Positions 18,129 to 26,850 of a stretch of 64,000 bases of DNA are shown one piece after another. Within the stretch, counting starts at the first letter, position 1, and the number at the start of each line of letters is the position of its first letter. The notes beneath the pieces were generated by a model. The model was not told the origin of the DNA and did not search any database. It saw nothing but the letters and a program-made list of their open reading frames with translations. A program made the translations under genes and the position numbers. The DNA is taken from the NCBI GenBank assembly GCA_035626335.1, contig DASPNW010000023.1, positions 14,738 through 78,737 of the forward strand, written 5' to 3'. Source of the DNA: Pseudolabrys sp. Its GTDB lineage: Bacteria > Pseudomonadota > Alphaproteobacteria > Rhizobiales > Xanthobacteraceae.

Positions 18129-19121
18129 CTATTCGATCACCTCATCAGCAAGCTGCAAAAATGAGCTGGGGACAGAAAGGCCAAGCGCCTTGGCTGTCCT
18201 AAGATTGAAGACGAGTTCGAATTTGTTCGGCGATTGCACCGGCAAATTGCCTGGCGGTTCACCTTTGAGAATGCGGTCGACATAGGAACTCGAACGTCGG
18301 AAGATGTCGGCGGTGTCAGGCCCGTAAGACATCAGACTTCCTTCAACGACGAATTGCCGATAGGGGGAAATGACCAGCACCCGGTGTTCTCCTGCCGACT
18401 TAACGATCGTTTTGCGGACGCCGACGATAAAGATATCCGACCCGGCGATCAGACCGCTGTCCGGATTACGGCCCAACTCTGCAATCGCGGATTCGACCTC
18501 GGCAACACTGCGAACGTGCGCGGCCCGCACCTCGACCGAGGTTTGCTGCTGCAACATTTTGAACGATCGCAGGAAGTCGTCAAAATAGGCCGAGGTATCA
18601 GGATTGAATATCAATGCGACCTGCGACAGGCTTGGCTTGACGTCGCCAAGCATGTTGATCCATTTGCCGACCATTTCGAAATCGATGAAATAGAACCCGG
18701 TAATGTTGGCCTCGGGGCGTGCGAGACTCGAAACGAATCCCTGACCGACCGGATCATTCACCATCGCGAATACGATTGGAGTCGTTCTCTTTGTTGAGCG
18801 CAGTGCGGCTACGATCGGGGTGCTGTTTGCAACAATGACGTCCGGTGCAAGTCGAGTTACTTCCGCGACATGCCTATTGATTGACTCAAGATCGCTCCCG
18901 GTAAATCGAATATCGACCTGAATGTTGCGTCCTTCGATCCACCCCAGATCGCGCATACCTAGCCGGAATGCCTTGACGCGCCTTTGTGCTTCGGCATCCG
19001 TTTCATCGAGGCCAACGAGAACGCTGACCCGACGCATCCGCTCGGATCGCTGTGCCCGTGCAGCAATAGGCCAGGTCGCCGCCGCGCCACCGACAAGCGT
19101 GACAAACTCGCGCCGTCTCAT
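18129..19121 (-). CDS. ABC transporter substrate-binding protein (ABC_sub_bind type), orphan
   Basis: MRRREFVTLVGGAAATWPIAARAQ; ends FNLRTAKALGLSVPSSFLQLADEVIE. Confidence 0.9.
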   Translation of the reverse strand: MRRREFVTLVGGAAATWPIAARAQRSERMRRVSVLVGLDETDAEAQRRVKAFRLGMRDLGWIEGRNIQVDIRFTGSDLESINRHVAEVTRLAPDVIVANSTPIVAALRSTKRTTPIVFAMVNDPVGQGFVSSLARPEANITGFYFIDFEMVGKWINMLGDVKPSLSQVALIFNPDTSAYFDDFLRSFKMLQQQTSVEVRAAHVRSVAEVESAIAELGRNPDSGLIAGSDIFIVGVRKTIVKSAGEHRVLVISPYRQFVVEGSLMSYGPDTADIFRRSSSYVDRILKGEPPGNLPVQSPNKFELVFNLRTAKALGLSVPSSFLQLADEVIE

Positions 19122-19185
19122 CGCCTCCCCCGAGGCCCATGACAAGGCATGGTACGGACTCAAACTAGCACACTAAAAGGAGGCG
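19122..19185 (-). promoter_or_regulatory. Conserved promoter/leader module
   Basis: CCTT...GTTTGAG..TACCAT-N27-ATG with RBS GGGGGAGG. Confidence 0.6.
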
Positions 19186-19223
19186 AACATGCCTTCAGCT
19201 GCGTTTGCCTGTCGCTACCGAGC

Positions 19224-20045
19224 TTAGGCCTTGATGAACGCCAGCAGGTCTTCGTTGACCTTATCCTTCAGCGTCGTGCACATGCCGTGCGGCGCGCCCT
19301 TATAGACCAACAGTTTCGCATTCTTGACGATTTTCGACGACAACATGGCGGCAGAAACGATCGGAACGATCTGATCGTCGTCGCCGTGCAAGATTAGAGT
19401 CGGGACATCGAATTTCTTTAGATCCTCGGTCGTGTCGGATTCGGAAAAAGCCTTGATGCAAAAATATGAGCCCGGGAAGCCGCACATCATCCCTTGCAGC
19501 CAGAACGAACGGCGCACGCCATCTGATATCTTGGCACCCGGCCTGTTGTACCCGTAAAATGGAAGGCTGAGGTCTTCCCAGAATTTCGAGCGGTCAGCCT
19601 GAACGCCGGCGCGCAGCCCGTCGAAGACCTCGATCGGTAAGCCCACAGGATTGGCCGTGGTTTTGAGCATCAGCGGCGGAATGGCGCTGACGAGCACGGC
19701 CTTGGCCACGCGCTTGGTGCCGTGGCGGCCGATATAGCGGGCGACCTCGCCACCGCCGGTGGAATGGCCGACATGAATTGCGTCGCTGATGTCGAGCTTC
19801 TGCATGAGTTCGGCGAGATCATCGGCATAGGTATCGAGGTCGTTGCCTTGCCAAGGTTGACTCGATCGCCCATGCCCGCGGCGATCATGAGCGATGCAAC
19901 GGTAGCCGCGCGAGGCTAGAAAATACATCTGGTCTTCGAAGGCATCGGCGCTGAGTGGCCAGCCGTGACTAAAAACAATCGGCTGCCCTTTGCCCCAGTC
20001 ATTGTAATAAATTTCAGTACCGTCTTTTGTGGTGATTCTGCTCAT
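19224..20045 (-). CDS. cpo: Non-heme chloroperoxidase-type alpha/beta hydrolase
   Basis: [26 protein letters not shown] nucleophile, [14 protein letters not shown]. Confidence 0.9.
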   Translation of the reverse strand: MSRITTKDGTEIYYNDWGKGQPIVFSHGWPLSADAFEDQMYFLASRGYRCIAHDRRGHGRSSQPWQGNDLDTYADDLAELMQKLDISDAIHVGHSTGGGEVARYIGRHGTKRVAKAVLVSAIPPLMLKTTANPVGLPIEVFDGLRAGVQADRSKFWEDLSLPFYGYNRPGAKISDGVRRSFWLQGMMCGFPGSYFCIKAFSESDTTEDLKKFDVPTLILHGDDDQIVPIVSAAMLSSKIVKNAKLLVYKGAPHGMCTTLKDKVNEDLLAFIKA

Positions 20046-20142
20046 TGTAAGAACTCCACTGGTCGCAACACCCGGCAAATCAATACTATTACGGTACATA
20101 TGAAAATTAGATCACGCTCGTGTTACCTCGAGCGTACGTTGC

Positions 20143-20583
20143 TCAAGCGGCCAAGATCATTGCCCGGGAGATTGTGTATTCGTCGATGCGTCTTTGTTTA
20201 ATCAGAAGGCTGGCCAGCCGCTCCACCTCGGGCGCATTGCGCTTCACGATTTCGATGGCGCGGCGATAACCGGCGTTTCTCATTTCAAGCCAGTGATCCT
20301 CGGTCAGGCCTTCCATAAGTTTGCTGATCTCCTGGCGCTCGTCTGAAACAGCGAGCGCGCGACTGCGGCAATTGAAAACCGTTCGAGACGCCTGACCCGC
20401 GCAGTAAATCGCTACCCGATCGATGAGTGGCAAGACGTCGGTAGTGCCGGCGGTCTCGGTCTTGCCGCTCGCATCTTCACGAATCTCGATCTCTACAACC
20501 GTTAGCCCAAAGTATCGTGCCACGACGGCGTACCCGGCCTCGTGAAAGGCGGCACCGCAAATTGCATTGCTCGCATAACCCAT
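20143..20583 (-). CDS. Peptidase M41-like small protein with HEAGY in place of HExxH
   Basis: AAFHEAGYAVVARYFG...AGQAS...VERLASLL; may be degenerate. Confidence 0.5.
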   Translation of the reverse strand: MGYASNAICGAAFHEAGYAVVARYFGLTVVEIEIREDASGKTETAGTTDVLPLIDRVAIYCAGQASRTVFNCRSRALAVSDERQEISKLMEGLTEDHWLEMRNAGYRRAIEIVKRNAPEVERLASLLIKQRRIDEYTISRAMILAA

Positions 20584-20803
20584 TGGGACGCTCAGGGGTC
20601 GTCCCCAGCCATCTCCTTTGAATAAAAAAACTGCGTCTAAAGTGCGACCGCAGTGAGACACCTCCGCCAGCTGATCATCGAACGCCGAGACGGTACGTTA
20701 TTAGTCTCGCGCCAAATAAAATCATGTCCTCTTTACCGGAGCACCGTCATTCGTTTTGTGAAGAGAGATAATCTCAGCACCGGAGTATCGGGAGGTAATC
20801 GGA

Positions 20804-21190
20804 ATGGCGCGTGTTCTGAAATGCAGCGACTGCGACAGGACTCCCAAAGTTACAGAACTTGCGCCGATCTTGCGCGATGCGGTGTGGCGCAAGCTTGCCG
20901 CGTCGCACGAAATGCTCTGTGTGCAATGCATGTTCACGCGCGCGGCCGCGCAGGATATTTGTCTCTCGCTTGCAAGCTTGCAGCCGTGCGATTTCAACTT
21001 GATGTGTTCACCTGTTAGTTGGTTCGAATTATTCGCCTCCGTTGAAATAAGGGCCCCGGCAAATCTGGATGCATGGCGAGCAGCTGCGGCAGGGGTTCCA
21101 AACGCACCTGCCGCGCTAACAGGAGAAAAACTATCGCTGTGGCCAAATTCGCCGCGCGGCGAACATCGATTTGTTCGCGCGTCAGCATAA
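20804..21190 (+). CDS. Hypothetical protein with two CxxC motifs
   Basis: CSDC...LRDAVWRKL...LCVQC; RBS GGAGGT. Confidence 0.6.
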   Translation: MARVLKCSDCDRTPKVTELAPILRDAVWRKLAASHEMLCVQCMFTRAAAQDICLSLASLQPCDFNLMCSPVSWFELFASVEIRAPANLDAWRAAAAGVPNAPAALTGEKLSLWPNSPRGEHRFVRASA

Positions 21191-21251
21191 AGTGCGAAAC
21201 TCGCACGTGTCCTGAGGTCAACGCAGCGCTGAAAATCAGATCATCCCGCGC

Positions 21252-21695
21252 CTATTTGTCGGCGGTTTGCGAGAGCCGCCGTTGCTGGCGCGGGCTATGC
21301 GCGACACGCGCGGGCTCTTCTTGCCGGGTGAAATCGCAATAGGCAAAGCTCAGCCCCGAGATTGAGCCGCGAAAACTCTCGGCATTGGTGCGCTCGAGGT
21401 AAAAACACGGCTGGATGATCGAGTTCGGCAGATACGCGCAGATCCGCTCGCCGTCGACATACAGGGTCGTGGCGGGCATCATGCCATATCGCGTTGGGCC
21501 GGCCCCTCGAACCTGCATGGAGCCTTCTACTGAGCCATCGGGATGGACACGGGCCAACCCGCGAGTGCCATCATAACAGTTGTAGCTGAACAGTTTCCCG
21601 GTGACGAAATGGCGTGCCTCGCTCGCTGTCAGCTCTGCCCCCATCGCCGGTAAAGCGGATACCAACCCGACTAAAACCGCAATCTCACGAACCAT
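21252..21695 (-). CDS. Secreted hypothetical protein (rhizobial type)
   Basis: Signal peptide; FSYNCYDGTRG, PCFYL, FRGSISGLSFAYCDF. Confidence 0.7.
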   Translation of the reverse strand: MVREIAVLVGLVSALPAMGAELTASEARHFVTGKLFSYNCYDGTRGLARVHPDGSVEGSMQVRGAGPTRYGMMPATTLYVDGERICAYLPNSIIQPCFYLERTNAESFRGSISGLSFAYCDFTRQEEPARVAHSPRQQRRLSQTADK

Positions 21696-21841
21696 CTCTG
21701 CTGCTCCCGCTGACACCGCCAGCGAACCCTTAACCTATGGTCAAAACGTGGCAGGCACAGGAGCGAATCTCACAAAAGACGAAGAAAAATGGCGCGAGAA
21801 CTCGGCGGCAATTGAATACCGCCGCCGCGAACGTCAACCAC

Positions 21842-21990
21842 TTATCGATCACCTCACCGGAACGCGCAACGAGTGCCAGGGGAATTTCCAGCTCAGCTGA
21901 GACACCCAACAATCTCTTCATCTGTTGGAAAGCGACCGGTCGACTTCTTCGAGAACGCGAGCCGACCGTCAACTCTAACCTCGAAGACGC
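21842..21990 (-). pseudogene. Decayed 3' remnant of an ABC_sub_bind SBP
   Basis: ELEIPLALVARSGEVID resembles GLEIPxxLLARADEVIE; SRLELTV resembles TKFELVI; shares TCGATCACCTC with intact SBP ends. Confidence 0.45.
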
Positions 21991-22192
21991 CGCCACTGGA
22001 CCGACGCAGACTTATCTGCGCCGAAGGTTTCAGTTTCAGGATCAGTTCCCGCGCCGCACGGGCACGCGGTTCATAGCCTCATTGGCCACAGTATTCGATT
22101 TCGATTTTCATGAAACTGACCTCGCGAATTGGATCGATCTAAGTCACCGTACCAACGAACGGACCGAAGGGATAGCCCGCGCATCAGGGTGA

Positions 22193-22222
22193 TTGTCCGC
22201 TTTAGTTCCAAATAGCGGACAT
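22193..22222. repeat. Palindromic intergenic repeat
   Basis: GTCCGCT-TTAGTTCCAAAT-AGCGGAC-AT. Confidence 0.85.
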
Positions 22223-22265
22223 CCACGATGTTCACGGCCGCCGATAATGGCGCAAGTTGATTGAA

Positions 22266-23507
22266 TCAACCGATCTTGCAGGTGCCGTCTTTCGGCGGGG
22301 CGATAATTTCCATATCCACGTTGGGGTCGGGAACAGTACCAAGCGCATCGTAGATGTCCCATTGATCTTTCATCTTGGAAGGATCCTTCGCTCTCACCGC
22401 GTACATCTCCATGACCATCTGATTGTCGTATGGTCGGAAATACGCCTCGCGTACCTTCATCACGTCGAACTTCGGACCTTTGCGAAGGTACTCGGCGAGC
22501 TTCTGTGGATCAGCTGACTTGTTGTCATTCATTGACTGGGCGACGATCTTTAGCGAGTTGTAATCACCCCATGACTGGTTATCGGGCGGCTTGCCGTATT
22601 TCTTTTGGAACGCGTCGACGTATTTTTTCGAACTTGGTGTATCGACGAGGTGATGCCACACGAGCGGCCAGATGCCGGAAAAATTACCCTTGCCCGCACC
22701 CCAGGCGACGACCGTGTCGAAACCAAAACCGGCTACGGGAAATTTCAGCCCGAATTCAGAATATTGCTTGAGAAAAGTTGTGATCTGATTCCCGGCAAGG
22801 TTGGAAATAACGAGGTCGGGCTGTGCCTGCCTGATTTTCAGGAGATAGGGACTAAAGTCTGTGACATCGGTGGGCACGAGCTCATCAGCAGCAAATTGAC
22901 CGCCGTTCGCTTCCATAAACTTCTTGGCGACACGCAGAAGATCGTGACCGAAGGCGTAATCCGCGGTCAAGGAGAACCATTTCTTGCCCTTTACCATGTT
23001 CTCGCGGAGCAGATATTGGCCTACCGCCGTCACATACATCGAGTTGGCGCCCTCGATGTGAAACATGTACGGATTGCAGCTCGCGCCGCGCAGCGCATCT
23101 GAATTGCAACCTGTGTTGATGAACACCGTCTTCATTCGATTGGCCACCTGACCTATAGCAAGGCCGGAGGCCGACGAAATTTCGCCAATAATCATCACAA
23201 CCTTGTCGCGCTCGATCAGGCGTTCGGCCTTGGCGGAGGCTGTTTGCGGATTGACCGAATCCTCCATCACCAACTCGATTTTCCGCCCCAGTACGCCGCC
23301 GGCTGCGTTGATCTCGTCCGCCGCAAGCTTGATTCCCATGACTGCGTATTCGCCCAGTGATCCGAGGAATCCGGTGAGCGGCGTAAGGTGACCGATGCGG
23401 ATCGCGTCGGCCTGCGCTTTGACGATCGCCGGGGCGCCGATTCCAGCCAGGAGCGCCGAACCCGCTGCAGTCTTTAAAAGGCTTCGGCGAGATAGTTTGG
23501 AATTCAT
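22266..23507 (-). CDS. Branched-chain amino acid-type (HAAT/LivJ-like) SBP, orphan, Tat-like leader
   Basis: SRRSLLK leader; IRIGHLTPLTGFLG; GVLGRKIELVMEDS. Confidence 0.85.
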   Translation of the reverse strand: MNSKLSRRSLLKTAAGSALLAGIGAPAIVKAQADAIRIGHLTPLTGFLGSLGEYAVMGIKLAADEINAAGGVLGRKIELVMEDSVNPQTASAKAERLIERDKVVMIIGEISSASGLAIGQVANRMKTVFINTGCNSDALRGASCNPYMFHIEGANSMYVTAVGQYLLRENMVKGKKWFSLTADYAFGHDLLRVAKKFMEANGGQFAADELVPTDVTDFSPYLLKIRQAQPDLVISNLAGNQITTFLKQYSEFGLKFPVAGFGFDTVVAWGAGKGNFSGIWPLVWHHLVDTPSSKKYVDAFQKKYGKPPDNQSWGDYNSLKIVAQSMNDNKSADPQKLAEYLRKGPKFDVMKVREAYFRPYDNQMVMEMYAVRAKDPSKMKDQWDIYDALGTVPDPNVDMEIIAPPKDGTCKIG

Positions 23508-23701
23508 GTTGCCGCCTCCCTCTCCTTAAGTTTGTGAGCCGCTAGGTCGCGCTGACGCCAAATAGCGCCCGATACAGCGCGGCTTGCTGTATCGATAGCA
23601 TACCGCTCGGCGCCCGTTTCGCACATGCGTAAAAAGCCGCCTCGCCCTCGTTTAAAGTGCCTATTAAGGGCCGTCGCAGGCATTCGGAGTTAATCCGCGC
23701 G

Positions 23702-23716
23702 TTAATGGCTCATTAG
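23702..23716 (+). promoter_or_regulatory. Possible CtrA-like site
   Basis: TTAA-TGGCTCA-TTAG, one mismatch to TTAA-N7-TTAA, 85 bp before the DUF2336 start. Confidence 0.3.
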
Positions 23717-23800
23717 GCTTTCGCGTTACGGTAGAATTTACACCTCGTTTATAGGATCGACCGGTCCGCTTCCGCTGTTCGCGCAAATCCGAGTGCTCCT

Positions 23801-24883
23801 GTGCTGTCGCACAATCTTATTTCCGATCTAGAAAACGCAGTGGCTACTCGGTCAGTCGAAACCGGAACCATATTGCGTCGCGTAACTGACCTCTTCCTGG
23901 TAAATGCAGGGCACTATTCCGCTGATCAGCTCGAGCTATACGATGGCATTTTGAAAGTGCTTGTCGCTGCTGTCGAAGTCAGTGCTCGCACGGAGCTTGC
24001 CCAACGACTAGCACCGGTTGACGGCGCACCCCCGAATACAATCCGAACACTCGCGCTTGACGATGCCATTGAGGTGGCAGAGCCGGTTCTATCTCAATCC
24101 AATGCGCTGGACGACGAAACTCTCACCCATTGCATCACAATCAAGGGGCAGGAGCATCTGCTTGCCATTGCCACTCGCAACAAACTCAGCGAAACAGTCA
24201 GTGATCAGCTGGTAACGAAAGGCAACATTGAAGTCCTACGTACTCTGGCCAGCAATCCAGGCGCGGCAATCTCCGATCTGGGCTTTGGCATTCTCGTCAA
24301 AAAAAGCACCGACGATGACTGGTTATCAGAACGTGTCGCCAGGAGAATTGACATTCCTGAGCACCACCTTCGCGACCTCATTTCGAAAGCATCGGATATC
24401 GTTCGGCAAAGACTGATGACGGATATCCCGGAACTCGGCGAAACCATCAAAGACATTTTGCCCTATAGTGCACCAGCCGCCGAACGCCGGACCCCCGGAT
24501 TACCCAAGGACTACAGGACCGCGGAACTCGTTGTTAAATCACGACCGCTTACCGAAGCGGCTGTGAACGAATTTGCAAAAGCAAAAAAGCTTGAAGAAGT
24601 TATTGTCTCAGTTTCAAAGCTCTCGGGCCTTTCGGCGATCGAGATCGAACGATTGTTTATGGGTACTTGGTCGAGCCCGGTTGCCGTCATTCTCAAGGCG
24701 ATCGGTTTCCACTTGTCGACTGTGGAAGCGATTTATCGATCGCGGCTGTCGGCTGGCGAGGTAGTTCGGGACGATTTAATTCAGGCAAAAGCCGAATTTA
24801 TCGCGCTCCGTCGTCCCACCGCGGAGCGCATTATGCGTTTTTACTGTGCGAGAAAAGCAGCCAAACTCTCCGATCTCTCATAA
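23801..24883 (+). CDS. DUF2336 domain-containing protein
   Basis: LRRVTDLFL, LAQRLAP..APPNTIRTLALDDAIEVAEPVLSQS, HLLAIATR; GTG start. Confidence 0.85.
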   Translation: MLSHNLISDLENAVATRSVETGTILRRVTDLFLVNAGHYSADQLELYDGILKVLVAAVEVSARTELAQRLAPVDGAPPNTIRTLALDDAIEVAEPVLSQSNALDDETLTHCITIKGQEHLLAIATRNKLSETVSDQLVTKGNIEVLRTLASNPGAAISDLGFGILVKKSTDDDWLSERVARRIDIPEHHLRDLISKASDIVRQRLMTDIPELGETIKDILPYSAPAAERRTPGLPKDYRTAELVVKSRPLTEAAVNEFAKAKKLEEVIVSVSKLSGLSAIEIERLFMGTWSSPVAVILKAIGFHLSTVEAIYRSRLSAGEVVRDDLIQAKAEFIALRRPTAERIMRFYCARKAAKLSDLS

Positions 24884-24956
24884 GCCATGAGATGCGGGAC
24901 GTGCCTTACTAACGGTTGCCTCTCACCGTCGCGCATGCGTTTGGGCAAGACCGAGA

Positions 24957-25421
24957 TTATTTCTGCGCGTCCGAACCTACGAATTTACGTCCACTCGGAC
25001 CGGTGCCGCTGACTTGGATCACCGTGGGCTCACGAATTTCTACGTAATGAGCGATGTTTGCAGGCTCGGTATAGAAACTCCCGGCTAGCAACTCCTTGAG
25101 CCCAGAAGGCTCAGCTTTTTCGCCGTACCCGGTGTACCAGGTGCCGGAAAGGACTGTGACTTCACGTGAATCCGGGTGTGTATGTGGCGCCACCTTAAAA
25201 CCTGCAGGAAATTTAAGACGGATCGTATAAGGCCCTGGCTTGCTTGGATCGCCAATCAGGACGGTCTGCTCCAAACCGGGCAGCGCCAAACCGCCCTGCG
25301 CGCTCCATTTCATTTCCGATGGCGCAAGCGCCATCACGTCGGGTTCGGCGGAATATGCCGCCGCAGCAAAAGATAGAGAGGCCGCACAAATACTGACGGC
25401 AATAATCGCTTTAACCTGCAT
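24957..25421 (-). CDS. Exported cupin domain protein
   Basis: GDPSKPGPYTIRLKFPAGFKVAPHTHPDSREVTVLSG; HY motif. Confidence 0.85.
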   Translation of the reverse strand: MQVKAIIAVSICAASLSFAAAAYSAEPDVMALAPSEMKWSAQGGLALPGLEQTVLIGDPSKPGPYTIRLKFPAGFKVAPHTHPDSREVTVLSGTWYTGYGEKAEPSGLKELLAGSFYTEPANIAHYVEIREPTVIQVSGTGPSGRKFVGSDAQK

Positions 25422-25508
25422 GACATCCCTTTTTAACAAAATGTGGCTTTTAGAGGCGAGCAAGTATCGCATCGCTGACGTAATGAACATCCTCCATCTG
25501 TATGAATC

Positions 25509-25796
25509 TCATGGCGGACTGCTTGAGCTTTTCCAGATCCACAGCACGACGAGCACGATTAGCGATCCGATGACCGCGGCGACGATGTCGCGCAGTGAAA
25601 TAGCAATCTTGTCAAGCCCTGGAAACAGGCCGAAAACGCGGAACACAAAACCGCCGACGAGCGCGCCAGCAAGCCCAAGACCCAGATTGCGGATCATGCC
25701 GAAACCCCGGCGGTCCCAGGTGATCAGCAGCCCAGCAAGCCCGCCACCGATCAGGCCGACGACAATCCAGACGATCAGTTGGTCGACAGAAGGCAT
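25509..25796 (-). CDS. GlsB/YeaQ/YmgE family membrane protein
   Basis: WIVVGLIGGGLAG, NLGLGLAGALVGG, AAVIGSLIVL. Confidence 0.85.
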   Translation of the reverse strand: MPSVDQLIVWIVVGLIGGGLAGLLITWDRRGFGMIRNLGLGLAGALVGGFVFRVFGLFPGLDKIAISLRDIVAAVIGSLIVLVVLWIWKSSSSPP

Positions 25797-25857
25797 GACA
25801 ATCTCCCGGGGTTGTAAAAGTGTAACCGGTCACAACGAGTTGTTCGAAGGGAGAACG

Positions 25858-26217
25858 TTACGGGCACGGATGTCGGAAACCGTCATACCCGAGATAGGTT
25901 TGTGTCGTGGGATCGTAGGATCGAAAGCGCTGCATACAGTAAGCAATCGGATCGCCAGCGACCGCGGGCGCGGGCTCGTAATACCCGGCCGGACCATATC
26001 TGCGCCTTTGGCTCTCCGCGCCAATAATGGCACCGGTGGCGGCGCCGACTCCGGCGCCAATAGCCGCACCGCGACCGCCGCCTGCCACGCCACCGATAAT
26101 GGCGCCGGCGGCGCCTCCAAGTATCGCCCCGCCCAGCGGATCCTGAGCTGCCGCCTCATGAGCCGGCATGGCCGCAACCAGCGTCAATAAGGCCACCATT
26201 CCCGTTATGCGAAACAT
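25858..26217 (-). CDS. BA14K family / glycine-zipper exported protein
   Basis: GAILGGAAGAIIGG zipper; AYCMQRFRSYDP..QTYLGYDG.RHPCP; RBS AAGGAG. Confidence 0.85.
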   Translation of the reverse strand: MFRITGMVALLTLVAAMPAHEAAAQDPLGGAILGGAAGAIIGGVAGGGRGAAIGAGVGAATGAIIGAESQRRRYGPAGYYEPAPAVAGDPIAYCMQRFRSYDPTTQTYLGYDGFRHPCP

Positions 26218-26307
26218 GTACGTTCTCCTTCTGTGGTCTCTTAGAGTAGCGCGACTCAATCGCCGGCAAAACGCAGAAAATTGGACAGGCAACGTCATTA
26301 GCCCAGC

Positions 26308-26850
26308 CTATTTGGCATCCGTCCCTGCCACGGCTCCGAGCGAGCGCATAAACATCTGCATGCCGTAGTGGAAAGCTATAAAAGCTCCCAACTCCATGAT
26401 TTGAGATTCCGAATAATGCTTTTTGAGCTCGTTGTAAAAAGCTGAATCGATCTGCGTCGCATCGAGAAACATCAAGTCGGCATAACGTAGCGCCCACCTC
26501 TCGGCCTCGGTAAATGAGGCATCACTTTCATAGTCGTGACAGCCAGCATCGATGCGGGCCTCGGTGAGATCCATGTCGCGAGCTTTGCGCGAGCGCAGCG
26601 CCGCAAAATACTTGTCATTGGCGAAGCGCGCCAACAATACCCGAATGATTTCTTTCAGACGATGATCGACATTGCCTTCCGTGTGACTCATTAACAACGC
26701 GCGCATCAGTGGCTTCGCCTGCTCTGGCGCGCGTGCAACAATCCGTGGAAAAACATCGTCAGGCACGCCCAGTGCTTCACACTGTGCAATCAGCTCTACC
26801 ATTTCCGGATCGGCAATTGCGTCCCGGGGCAGCGGCGCGATGTAGCTCAT
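26308..26850 (-). CDS. AhpD/CMD-family protein lacking the CxxC motif
   Basis: HRLKEIIRVLLARFANDKYFAALRS, with DKYF at the CxxC position; ATGA overlap with the upstream gene. Confidence 0.8.
   Translation of the reverse strand: MSYIAPLPRDAIADPEMVELIAQCEALGVPDDVFPRIVARAPEQAKPLMRALLMSHTEGNVDHRLKEIIRVLLARFANDKYFAALRSRKARDMDLTEARIDAGCHDYESDASFTEAERWALRYADLMFLDATQIDSAFYNELKKHYSESQIMELGAFIAFHYGMQMFMRSLGAVAGTDAK

Noticed and set aside
21737-22192. 151-aa plus-strand ORF
   Set aside because: No recognisable motif or RBS; overlaps the decayed SBP remnant on the other strand.
22257-22269. FNR-like TTGAT...ATCAA
   Set aside because: Spacer is one base short and the site overlaps a gene 3' end.
23652-23705. 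Two TTAA-N8-TTAA motifs
   Set aside because: Spacer is 8 nt, not the 7 required for CtrA.
25240-26190. 316-aa plus-strand ORF (likewise 33607-34293, 55123-55848, 5035-5781)
   Set aside because: Antisense to clearly identified genes.
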